This document shows positions 49,734 through 60,600 of a DNA stretch of 64,000 bases, piece after piece. The notes beneath the pieces were generated by a model, which was given only the letters and a program-made list of their open reading frames with translations, made no database searches and had not been told where the DNA came from. Position 1 is the first letter of the stretch; each line of letters opens with the position of its first letter. The DNA comes from Macrostomum lignano (lineage: Eukaryota): positions 168,311 to 232,310 of the forward strand of contig NIVC01001837.1 of the NCBI GenBank assembly GCA_002269645.1, given 5' to 3'. A program made the translations under genes and the position numbers.

Positions 49734-52700
49734 TTGACTTCCGACCTTTTTGATACTAGATGTATTAATAAATCTACTGATGCTAATAGGACTAAAAAGA
49801 AGCGGATTCAGTACACTAGAGATTATCTTATCTTGATTAATAATAGTATCACTCATAGGAACATAAAAATATCTCAAAATACTAAATCAAAACTCTCTGA
49901 ACTCAATATTAAAAAGATTAAACAAAATTTCACAATTAGCAGTTGGAATATTACAGGACTTTATACTATAAAAGACTCAGTGATGATTCCCAAGCTTGAA
50001 TTGTTAGAAGCTGAACCAATTTTTAAGCATGATATTTTCTGCCTTCAAGAAACTTGGATAATTGACACAAAAAGCAATGATAGGCTTCTCAGCACTGACA
50101 AATTGCGTGACAACTACACAATTTTCCAAAAGTCTGCAAACAAAAAAGGAAGCAGTTCTACTGGTAGGGCATCTGGCGGCCTACTGACTGCTTATAAAAA
50201 ATCACTAGAAACACATTTCAATGTGACTGAGTCATTCAATAATTACAACAATTTTTTGACATTAAACTTTAAAAACAAAAAGGACAAAAGCAAAAATTTC
50301 ACTGTTATCAACTCTTACATACCACCAACATCTTCAAAATACTATGAAGAAGAGTCTTGGGAACAGTTAGCACTAATACTTGATGCACATCATTCTGAAG
50401 AAAACATAATCCTGGTGGGAGATTTTAATGCACATACTTACAATACTGATCATATAGATTTGCATAGAATAAGCACTTTAAAGGCAAAAAATATCTCACT
50501 CTATAGGCAAAGCCAAGACAAAAAAACCTGTAAAAGTGGTAGATTATTAAACCAAATCACAAACTCATATAACTTGCATATAATCAATGGTAGATCCCTA
50601 TCTGATGCAACTGGAACACTTACCTTTATCTCCAAAACTGGTTCATCTGTAATTGACCTCTGTTTTGTCTCTAGCAACTTACTTGAGCACTTTGAAGACT
50701 TTAAAGTAAGAAACCATACTTACCTTAGTGACCACAATCAAATTATACTCTCATTATCATGTAAATTCACAGCAGAGATTACAGAAACAAAACAAGCAAC
50801 CAATAACCAAAGAACAAAATTCCGGATATTAAGAAAACTAGATAAACCCACCCCACAACAAGAAAAACATATCAATTGCTTCTCAGATGATCTAAAGGAT
50901 CTGGAGAATAAAATCCCAAATCTCGACATGCAAAACCCAGCTTTCATCCATAATTTAAGCAAGAAAGTTCAGCAAATCCAAAGTAAAATCACAGTAGAAA
51001 CAAAAAACCCTCTCTGTTCAGCATTGCCACAATTTCTTAAAGACCTGAGAAATGCCACCAGGCATGCCAGCAGAAGATATAAGATGTTCCCCACAAGTAG
51101 CAACCTCGCATCCAAAATACAGCTTAAAAAAACATATGAAAAAAGCTTGATTTCTTGGAAACATGAATCAATACTGTGTGCAGAAAACATGATCAACCAG
51201 GCTTATATTCAAAATGATACAAGACAGCTTTGGCAATTACTGAAACCACATAACCGCCCCAATAACAATGCAGCAATTGACGAAAAATTTGTCATACACT
51301 TTCAAAATCTTGTAACTGAACAAGACAGCAGCATTAGACTAGCATACAATCTTCACCTTGACAACCCTATTCTGACTAATTTAGAGGATTTCAATGCCCC
51401 ATTCACCAAAGAAGAAGTTATAAAACATATTAAAAAGCTCAAAACCGACAAAGCACCTGGGCATGATAAAGTATATGTAGAAACACTCAAATACCTTGAA
51501 AACGAACTTACTGACCTCCTATGCTCACTTTTCAACGAAGCACTCAAACAAGGAACCTTTCCAACTAGTTGGATTACAAATACTCTTCATCCGATTTATA
51601 AAAACAAAGGCAGCAGTGCCGACCCCAACAATTACAGAGGAATCTGCATTCAACCAATTTTTGGCAAGCTCTTTTGCCAAATTATTAAATCCAGACTTGA
51701 AAACCTAGCATACGCTAACAATCTTATATCAAAATACCAATACGGTTTCAAGCCCAATCACAGCACAATCGACCAATGTTTTAATCTTTACAACATTATA
51801 AACCAGTCCATCTACAACAAAAATGAACTCTTTATCGGTTTTGTTGACTATGAAAAAGCCTTCGATAGCTTAAATCAACCGACCCTTTGGCACAAAACGG
51901 ATAACCAAGGTATTAAAGGTCAAATGACAGAACTTATCAAGAACATGCATAAAAATGCCTGTTTCATTCTAAAGAAAGATGATGATGATGATGAAACCCA
52001 GCCAATCCCAATATCTAAAGGTGTTCTTCAAGGTAACCCTCTCTCTACCATCCTTTTTGAACTATATATTGACGACATTGTTGAATATCTTGAACTCTCT
52101 AGCGCTAGGCGCTCTCTTACGAGATCTGCTTTCCCACTCATCCTGCTCTTTGCGGACGATCAAGCCATTCTAGCTAAAAACAAAGATGAACTTCAAGACA
52201 CATTTACAACTATGGAAAATTACTGCAAGCAAAACTACTTGAAAGTTAATGCAAGCAAAACAAAGTTTATGCAGGGCAGTACCAGACAAAAAAATGACAC
52301 AGAAAGTTTTGCTACAAAAATAATCTACGACAACCAAGAAATAGAGGAAGTAAATGAATTTAAATACCTGGGAATTATTTTTGAACCAAAAAACAGCTTT
52401 AAAAAATGTATTGAACATCAAACTAAGCAGGGTTATTCAGCTATGTTTTCCCTACTCCACAAGGTAAAAAATACGTCCCTGGACATCACACTCATTCGCA
52501 GACTATTCGACGCGCTTGTCACCCCCGTTATCACGTACGGCTGTGAGCTCTGGGGCCCTCTGGCTACCATTTCTGAAACAAAAGCTATTGATAACATTCA
52601 GCTGAAATTCTACAAATATCTCCTCAATCTACCAAAATTTGCTAGCAACAGTGTGATATCATCAGAACTTGAGCTTACTCCAATCTCCCAACGAATTGCT

Positions 52701-53318
52701 AAAACCTATCTTACCTACTGGCTGAAGATTAGACATCAAAAACTTTGCCAAACGACACTAGAAATTTTCTACTCAAACACCAGCCAAAAAAATCCATGGA
52801 AAACAAATATACTAAAGAAACTGGAAAGTATAGACTTAAAAGCACTAACTGAAGATAAACTTTCCCAAAGCTTTAATAACGAGAAATACCTAGTGAAAAA
52901 GCACCTCAAGATACACAGAGAAAGAGAACTTAGCCAAAAGCTAGAGAATCAGCAACATATTAAACTCTATAAAAACGCCTATCTCTACAAAAAAATCTGC
53001 AGGCCTGACCTTTCAGATTACTTTCCATGCACTTTTAGAAACAAAAAATTCCTAACAACCCTCCTAAAACTGAAATGCGAAATTACACCCAACATTTTCT
53101 CTCATGAACCATGTAGACTGTGTGGAGCGAGAAATGGTTCCGATATCCTACACTACTTGACCGAATGTCCACAAACCGAAAAGTTCAGAAAAAAATACTT
53201 CTGTCAGTACCTCCTAAATGACAAGCAAGTACACAAGTTAGGATATGCTACAAATGAAAAAAGAGTCAGAAAAGAGCTCACTGGTGTAGCTAAAATATAT
53301 GAAGTCATGAATAGCTAA
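49734..53318 (+). CDS. LINE ORF2p: AP endonuclease + reverse transcriptase + C-terminal CCHC
   Basis: SWNITGL, CLQETW, GDFNAH, SVIDL, SDH; KAPGHD, QYGFKP, FVDYEKAFDS, GVLQGNPLS, FADD, YLGI; CRLC...HYLTEC. 1194 codons without a stop; true start uncertain. Confidence 0.95.
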   Translation: MTSDLFDTRCINKSTDANRTKKKRIQYTRDYLILINNSITHRNIKISQNTKSKLSELNIKKIKQNFTISSWNITGLYTIKDSVMIPKLELLEAEPIFKHDIFCLQETWIIDTKSNDRLLSTDKLRDNYTIFQKSANKKGSSSTGRASGGLLTAYKKSLETHFNVTESFNNYNNFLTLNFKNKKDKSKNFTVINSYIPPTSSKYYEEESWEQLALILDAHHSEENIILVGDFNAHTYNTDHIDLHRISTLKAKNISLYRQSQDKKTCKSGRLLNQITNSYNLHIINGRSLSDATGTLTFISKTGSSVIDLCFVSSNLLEHFEDFKVRNHTYLSDHNQIILSLSCKFTAEITETKQATNNQRTKFRILRKLDKPTPQQEKHINCFSDDLKDLENKIPNLDMQNPAFIHNLSKKVQQIQSKITVETKNPLCSALPQFLKDLRNATRHASRRYKMFPTSSNLASKIQLKKTYEKSLISWKHESILCAENMINQAYIQNDTRQLWQLLKPHNRPNNNAAIDEKFVIHFQNLVTEQDSSIRLAYNLHLDNPILTNLEDFNAPFTKEEVIKHIKKLKTDKAPGHDKVYVETLKYLENELTDLLCSLFNEALKQGTFPTSWITNTLHPIYKNKGSSADPNNYRGICIQPIFGKLFCQIIKSRLENLAYANNLISKYQYGFKPNHSTIDQCFNLYNIINQSIYNKNELFIGFVDYEKAFDSLNQPTLWHKTDNQGIKGQMTELIKNMHKNACFILKKDDDDDETQPIPISKGVLQGNPLSTILFELYIDDIVEYLELSSARRSLTRSAFPLILLFADDQAILAKNKDELQDTFTTMENYCKQNYLKVNASKTKFMQGSTRQKNDTESFATKIIYDNQEIEEVNEFKYLGIIFEPKNSFKKCIEHQTKQGYSAMFSLLHKVKNTSLDITLIRRLFDALVTPVITYGCELWGPLATISETKAIDNIQLKFYKYLLNLPKFASNSVISSELELTPISQRIAKTYLTYWLKIRHQKLCQTTLEIFYSNTSQKNPWKTNILKKLESIDLKALTEDKLSQSFNNEKYLVKKHLKIHRERELSQKLENQQHIKLYKNAYLYKKICRPDLSDYFPCTFRNKKFLTTLLKLKCEITPNIFSHEPCRLCGARNGSDILHYLTECPQTEKFRKKYFCQYLLNDKQVHKLGYATNEKRVRKELTGVAKIYEVMNS

Positions 53319-55599
53319 AACAGTTATGCAAACTGAAACAGACATATCAGCAGTGAAATAAATCCGCCTTTCCCATTTTTAATTTCCTACTTAATTAGCA
53401 CTTAATTAGTATTTAATTAGTTTCCTATCTAATACCTATTTAAATCGTCGTCATTCGCTTAACGTAAAGTCCCTTCGAAATTCGTTTTTGTTCATTTTTC
53501 TTTCGTTTTTACTTTTATTAACTGCAATACTTTTTTTAACTCCTTGCTTTTTCTTTCGCTTCGTTAGTCGTCCAAGTATCGTTAATAACTTTTCCGCGTT
53601 CTTTCAAATACCATTTTGCAAAACTCGTACTAATCATAATTAAATAACTAGTGCTAAAATATTGTCTCCTATTCCTGAAGCAATCTTAAATACATAGAAA
53701 TATATTGGCCAAACAGGCTTCTTGCCTGAGCCAACTTACTACTACTACTACTAAAAAAAAGCAATATTATTATTAAGCGTTTAAGCGTTGGCCTATCCTT
53801 TTGTAGTTTTGTATTTTTTTCTGAAAAAGAACATCTCAAATAACATATTAGTTATTACATATATTTATTTCATATGCACTAGGTTTTTTAGTCAAAATCG
53901 TTATGCCATTTTCAATTCGACATGCCATTGGCGTAAAATATAAAATAGCAATTTGTGAGCCTATATTAGTGTTTCCTTGCAGATTCAAAGTTAGATAGGA
54001 GTGATAATAGCTTGCCAGTTTGGCAACCAACAGCAGCAGGCATATACAATGCACAACATGACAGGGTATTTGAACAAATATTTGAACAAATTTAAAAGCA
54101 AAACTAAAATTTGGAATTGAGGATTTAGCATTGGCAATTTTTCATCAAAATCATTATGCCATTTTTTATTTTGACATGACATGGCATGCCTATGACAAAA
54201 AACCCAACATATGCATATAATTCAAATCATTGGAATTATAGTAGGAAGACAATATAGCTTGTAGCTAAAATAAATTGAATCCAAGTAATTTTTCTATATA
54301 ACAATTTTATATAATAAGTTTTTGAAAGCAATGTAGGCGGCTATATAAACTAGGCCTGATAGTAATGTATCTAGGCTATCATTATTAAAAAAAGAACTAT
54401 TTTTTGTTATTGGATGCATTTCTTTGGCTATTTAATACTATTAAATGTTAATTTACATTTTTTAATAATAAATATATTTATAAAAAGCCCTGCTTTTTTA
54501 AAATAAAGTATAATTTGTTATATTTAATGCCACTATGCAATGAATCAGTAATGAAAATTTAGGTTTGAAAATTTGCTTTTGGGTCTTTAATGGGTATATA
54601 ATGTACAATTTGCTTGATAGTAATATAAGCCTTTAAAATCTTCATAGAGCTTCATGAAATTGTTTTAGAGACTAGCATATGCATTTTGCATTTGGACATT
54701 TTAATTGTTCTTCTTCATAGTATCTTGATATTGTTTATTGTCTTAGTGCAATGCATTTTAAAAGTGAAAGTTTGCTATATGCAACACCTTGGCAAAAGTT
54801 GCTATGGTGCCACAATTTTGCAATGAACATCTGCCATGCCTAAGCATAATGTTTATAAACCTACGCTATGCATCTATAGGATCTAAAATTTTATTCCAAT
54901 AGGGTCCAAATTGCCTTTCAAGATAAAAACAAAAAATCATTTGTCAAAATTTGGTATTGTTAGGGCAGTTGTCTCTTTCCTCTCTAGTTATGCTATTAGT
55001 AGAGAGTAATAGGATTAGCATTTTTGGATTCGACAAGTTAGTATATTTTATACCTAGCATATGACTAAGAATTATCTACCCCTAAGCCTTGTCCTGCTTG
55101 CTTTCTCTGTCCCTTTATCTTTTCCCAATATTATGCAATAACATTATAAGCCAAATTCATCCCTTGACTCTTCTAAGTATGATAGGCTTAGTCTTGGTCT
55201 TATACCTTTATTCTTATTGGGGATATTTTGGGCATCTATGTTAAGACCTAAATTTTCATGGATTAAATCTAGGAAAGGTAGATAGTATAAATATTATATT
55301 TCTATCAATTTTATATCTAAGCACATGTAACAAATACCCTTAAATTCCTAACAAATATAATTTAGAACTATTTTCATTAGATCCTTTGTATGTTTTATAC
55401 TTGTATATATTTCATATTATATCCTTATTCAACCTTGTCTAACAACCTTAGACATCAGCAATCCTGTCCTAATTTCCAATGAATTTAGTCTTATTTTTTA
55501 CTTGAGTCTTTATTGTTTAAAAAATTGTTATAGATAAATTTATGAATAAAGAATTATTATAATACTTTTTCCATCAATTCCACAGCTTGCACAGTCGCC

Positions 55600-56272
55600 A
55601 TGCTGGAGTCCACCCTAGTAATTCTGTTTGTGGCCGTGTTCACAGCTTTCTTAGGCGAAGGCCTCACCTGGCTTCTGGTCTATCGCACCGAGAAGTATAA
55701 AAAGCTCCGAGATGAAGTTGATAAGCAGAGCCGCCGGCTGGAGAAGCGCAAAGACACCAGCGCCGCCGATCTTAGCGACAAGAGTGCCAAGCGCAAGCTG
55801 GAGAAACAGGAGGAAAGATTGAAAAGCTTCAATCGCGACTTGTCTTTTGTTAACATGAAATCTATGCTGGCAATATTCTTAGTGTTCACGGCGCTGTTCT
55901 CCATGTTTAACTCTATTTTTGACGGGCGAGTGGTTGCCAAGCTGCCATTTGTGCCAGTGTCCCTTCTGCAGGGCATCTCGCATCGGAACCTCCTAGGAGA
56001 GGACTATAGCGACTGCTCCTTCACTTTCTTGTACGTCATCTGCACCATGTCCGTGCGACAGGTGAGTGCAAATTAGATCTAAATCCAACCTTATAAACGT
56101 TAACAAAATTGAATCATTTGCATGCGACATTGAAAAAAAGCCATTATGCTGCATCAACGTTTAAAATTTGCAGAACGTTCAAAAACTTCTCGGCTTTGCG
56201 CCGTCCCGCTCGGCCAGCAAGCAGTCCGGCTTCTTCGGCCAATCGCAGTCGTCCTTCTTCAAGCAGCAGTAG
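55600..56272 (+). CDS. TMCO1: Transmembrane and coiled-coil domain protein 1 (ER Ca2+ load-activated channel / OXA1-family insertase subunit)
   Basis: Exons 55600-56061 and 56174-56272 give 186 aa: EGLTWLLVYRTEKYKKL, RDLSFVNMKSM, FDGRVVAKLPFVP, SHRNLLGEDYSDCSFTFLYVICTMSVRQ|NVQKLLGFAPSR. Confidence 0.96.
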
Positions 56273-57682
56273 CTGGCGTTGACTGAACTTTTGGCTTTGA
56301 TTAAATCCTTGCTTGACTCTCAATTGGGGTTTAAATTTGAAACTAAACTGTGTGTGCATGTTGTGAAACATTACTCTGTACTCATGCAATTGATCGGTCA
56401 TACTATAGTAGCTTGAAAATATCACTGGTTATTATTCTAAATGCGTTTATAACAAAACTGCTTGTTTTGAAATTGATTTGAATTTTTAAACAATAAGAGT
56501 TTATTTAAAGGTGTGAGTTGGGGTCAGTGGAGTTTAACAAAAATGTAGTCGACTATTTATTATATTCATTAATTTTACCTCAATCTCAAAAATAAGAAAC
56601 AACAAGGCTCGTTCCATATTTAGCTACTTAATTAGTTCACACCGGAAATAATAACACTGTTTTGTGCAGCGGTGATAAAAAACAAACGTAAAAAATTTAA
56701 GCCTAACAAGCTTATTTCCTGTTTGGTGCCAACTGCCAACTAAATATACAAAACTTAGCTTTAAATAAAAGCGCATCTTTTTCTTGGATAAGGCATTGTA
56801 TAAAAAAAGAGTAACTGGTAATTTTCACCAATAAATATTCGAAGATTGCAAATGGAATGACGCATTGATTTGGTTTCAAATATAAATGGCGACTGGTTAA
56901 AAACTTCCATTATTACAAAAAATTTTGATTCTGGTGAAAGCTAATTATAAAAGGATCCAAAAAGACGGGAATTAAGAACGGAGCTTCTAAATCTCTAGAC
57001 CATGACCAACTAAAGTGCATGTATCGCAAATCGTAAAATTCCCAATGCCTCACCGATCTCCGAATCAAGCTCACAAGCTTGTGAAGCAAGAGATAGAAAA
57101 AAATATTGTTGGAGAGCGGCAATACTCAAAACCCAGTTGCGCGTTCTAAACGGATTTCGCAGGGATTTGCTTTTTCTGCAAATGAGGTGTTGCCATAGAC
57201 ACATTCGTTCGAGCAAAAGAGACAAGAGTAGCTGAGGTTCCGCCGGAACTTTTGCTTTATTGCATGGTAAAAACAGGTTGCTAAACTTGTGAGCGCACCT
57301 CGGACACAACACATGCTTGCTTAATTTGGAATTCCGGTATTGACAAAATTTGTGCTAGAAAACGGAAATTCGCACGGATTGCGTTTAGCGTCCTACTTTA
57401 GTTGCACGCGACACGTACTTTGCACTGCAGGTTAGATCGACCAATCAGTGCCACCTCATCAATACAAAGATACCCATGGGCAGGTGCGCCATCAAAACTC
57501 TAATATATAGTGTCAGCTCCACTCAAGATTCACCACAATTTCTTTTTCCTTTTCTAGAGCGAGTGAAATGAATTAAAAATAGATCCTTTTGCAATCCATG
57601 CAGTAGTACGAGCTAGTAACAATGTCTCTTGTGTACGCTTGATTCAGTAGTGTCCAATTTTACATCTCAATTCTCGCTTAAA

Positions 57683-60600
57683 TTAAGCATCGGACATGGC
57701 TGGCTGGGCGATGTTATCGTACACATCGTCCTCCATGGGGCCGTACACCTTGTTAGCGAAATTGTCGTAGGCTACGCCGCCCCAGCAGTTGAATGGCTGG
57801 CATTCGACATGGTCTCGTAGTTGCCGGACTCGTGTGGCAGAGCGGGGCTTCCGGACTGGGCGCGTCTGCGCAAAGCGAACTGTTGCACGGGGGTACGGTT
57901 ATAAATCAAATAGTTAGCTATATACTCTCAAATATGTGGTGCAGCTGGATATTAAATCCAAGCGATTACCAAGACCGATTGTTGAATCAAAGGCTCCCTC
58001 GCAATCATACCGCCATCAAATGTATGAGAAGTCAAACCACGCGACTGATGTAAAAATAAAGCGACCAAAAGGCTCTGTGGCCCTCTAACCCCGCATTCTT
58101 TGATTGAGGAGGGCCTCTAACCCCGCATTCTTTGATTGAGGGAGGGCCTCTAACCCCGCATCCTTTGATTGAGGAGGGCCTCTAACCCCATCCTTTGATT
58201 GAGGGAGGGCCTCTAACCCCGCATTCTTTGATTGAGGGAGGGCCTCTAACCCCGCATCCTTTGATTGAGGAGGGCCTCTAACCCGCATTCTTTGATTGAG
58301 GGAGGGCCTCTAACCCCGCATTCTTTGATTGAGGGAGGGCCTCTAACCCCGCATCCTTTGATTGAGGGAGGCCTCTAACCCCATCCTTTGATTGAGGGAG
58401 GGCCTCTAACCCCGCATTCTTTGATTGAGGGAGGGCCTCTAACCCCGCATCCTTTGATTGAGGGAGGGCCTCTAACCCCGCATCCTTTGATTGAAGGAGG
58501 GCCTCTAACCCCGCATCCTTTGCTTGAGGGGCCTCTAACGCATCCTTTGATTGAAGGAGGGCCTCTAACCCCGCATCCTTTGCTTGAGGGAGGGCCTCTA
58601 ACCTCGCATCCTTTGCTTGAGGGAGGGCCTCTAACCTCGCATCCTTTGCTTGAGGGAGGGCCTCTAACCTCGCATCCTTTGCTTGAGGGAGGCCCTCGAT
58701 CTAACCCCGCATCCTTTGCTTGAGGAGGCCCTCGATCTAACCCCGCATCCTTTGATTGAAGGACGGCCTCTAACCCCGCATCCTTTGCTTGAGGGAGGCC
58801 CTCGATCTAACCCATTCTTTGATTGAGAATTTCTGAACACATCAGACCTTAAGCGTCTGCGCCAGTCCCAATCTCCAAAAAGTATTGAGTAGCGTAAAAT
58901 TGCAGCAGGGTAGGTAGTAGGTCACCCTAAGCAGCAATAGCCTTAACTGGCCAACTCACCGTGATGAGCACTGCGGCCACGGCTACCACGGCAACCGTGA
59001 TGAGCACTCCGACAACGATTCCGACCACGTTCAGCGGGCGCCGCTGTCGCTGTTGCCTCGGAATAGCGGCGCCGCGGTCGCGGCTCTACAATTGAGCTGT
59101 CGAAATTCTCGTTGAAGCTCTGCCGAGCCGACGGCGCCAGGGTGACACCGTTGAAGTCGATTAGCAGAGTCTGCTTCAAGGCCTGGATTAAGATTTCAAG
59201 TGAGATATCCGGTCCTAGATATTGGTAAATTACATGCAATTGCAGTGTACAGCTTGCACACATGGAAAAATGCAGTAGAGGGAAGCTAAGCTACACTGGA
59301 TTTTTTCTTAGAAATGAGCTGTAGGCCGGTAAGGAACGTGTATTTTTCGACCTATCGCCAGTAGTACACTGTATGAGTACGAGTATGAGTAATAATCGTC
59401 TTTGTCGATGGCGAAGTTTTCAAACACAAATATGCGTTCCTCATACCGGCATACAATTCAAGCTTATTTCTAAGAAAATCAAGTGTAGCGTCCTTGTATC
59501 GCTTTTGACGATCTAAACGGGAATGAATTTGGACAATCAAAACGGGACGCCATTGACATTCATGCCAGACCACAGACTTGGGCTGCTTGGATGGGAATAC
59601 ACAACCTTAGAATGTGGAATTGACAATAAAAATGGGAAAAAGCCGTTCAAAACGGGAATTCGCCCAATTTAACGTATTTTTATATGTCAAGGCCACTGGA
59701 ATATTTAAAAGTGAACAAAGTGTCCGTTACCGGAAGCAAAACAAAAGTAACTCGGAACTCCTTGAGCGTCAGGAATTGGTGGCGCCATTGAATTCGTTCG
59801 CTTTCAGGCCAAAGACGCGACGAGCAAACAGGGGAGAGAGGGACTGAGAGCTATAAAATCTCAGTCCGATTCCGTTTTGAATGGCTTTTTCCCATATTGA
59901 ATGCCCAAAGTTATAGTCTATGGCCAAGCCTGCCTCAGTAGACTCAGCTAAACTGCTTAAGTCCATGACTAGGGTGAGATCTGTGGCCTGGCTTGAATGT
60001 CTATGGCGTCCCGTTTTTTAGATCGTCAAAAGCGATAATTGAGTAGTTCCTGTGTGCAAGCTATTTGTGTATCTTAAATTCGTGCTTGTACAGCGTTGGC
60101 ACTGTGGGGGGGGTCACAAATCCCACCTGTATTTCTACCTCACCTCAGAACGAAAGCCCAGGTTTGACTTGCCACTCGGTCAAAGGTATGTTTATTGCGG
60201 AGGAGGGTGACCCAGGTAGCCTACGCGTACTATCCGCGGTCAACTTTGCTTAACTTCGTTTTTGAACAGCCCCAAGCCCTCAAAACCAACCATTGTCTTG
60301 AGCTCGAACGCGGACGCAGGGAGGTCGGCAGTCGAATCGCCTGGCGACTTCTGCATACCGACGGTCACCAGAATGCTGCCGGCTCCAGGTCAACGAGGCG
60401 GATGTGGTGCGCCTGAAGATTTCCTTCGTAAGCGAATCGCTTGGCCACGATTCTGCGGGAGTTATGGTCGGTATGTGACTGTGGGCAGGCAGGCAGTAAG
60501 ACAGTTAAAATAATAATAATAACTGCAGGAGGGCTGCGGGCACCCTGGCGCCTTCGGCAAAATCGTCCCACAACCAGCGCTGACGCCAACTCTGCTGCTC

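Larger units (their letters stand above)
48897..53760 (+). mobile_element. Apparently intact APE-type LINE (CR1-group or RTE-X-like; clade unresolved)
   Basis: Two uninterrupted ORFs, a ~430-bp 3' UTR ending in a CAGGC-TTCTT-GCCTG hairpin, then (TAC)n and A8 at about 53735-53760. The 5' end and TSD were not found. Confidence 0.92.

Noticed and set aside
59769-59966. ORF as an extra exon of the membrane protein
   Set aside because: Lies within the nested inverted-repeat element and lacks a good donor.
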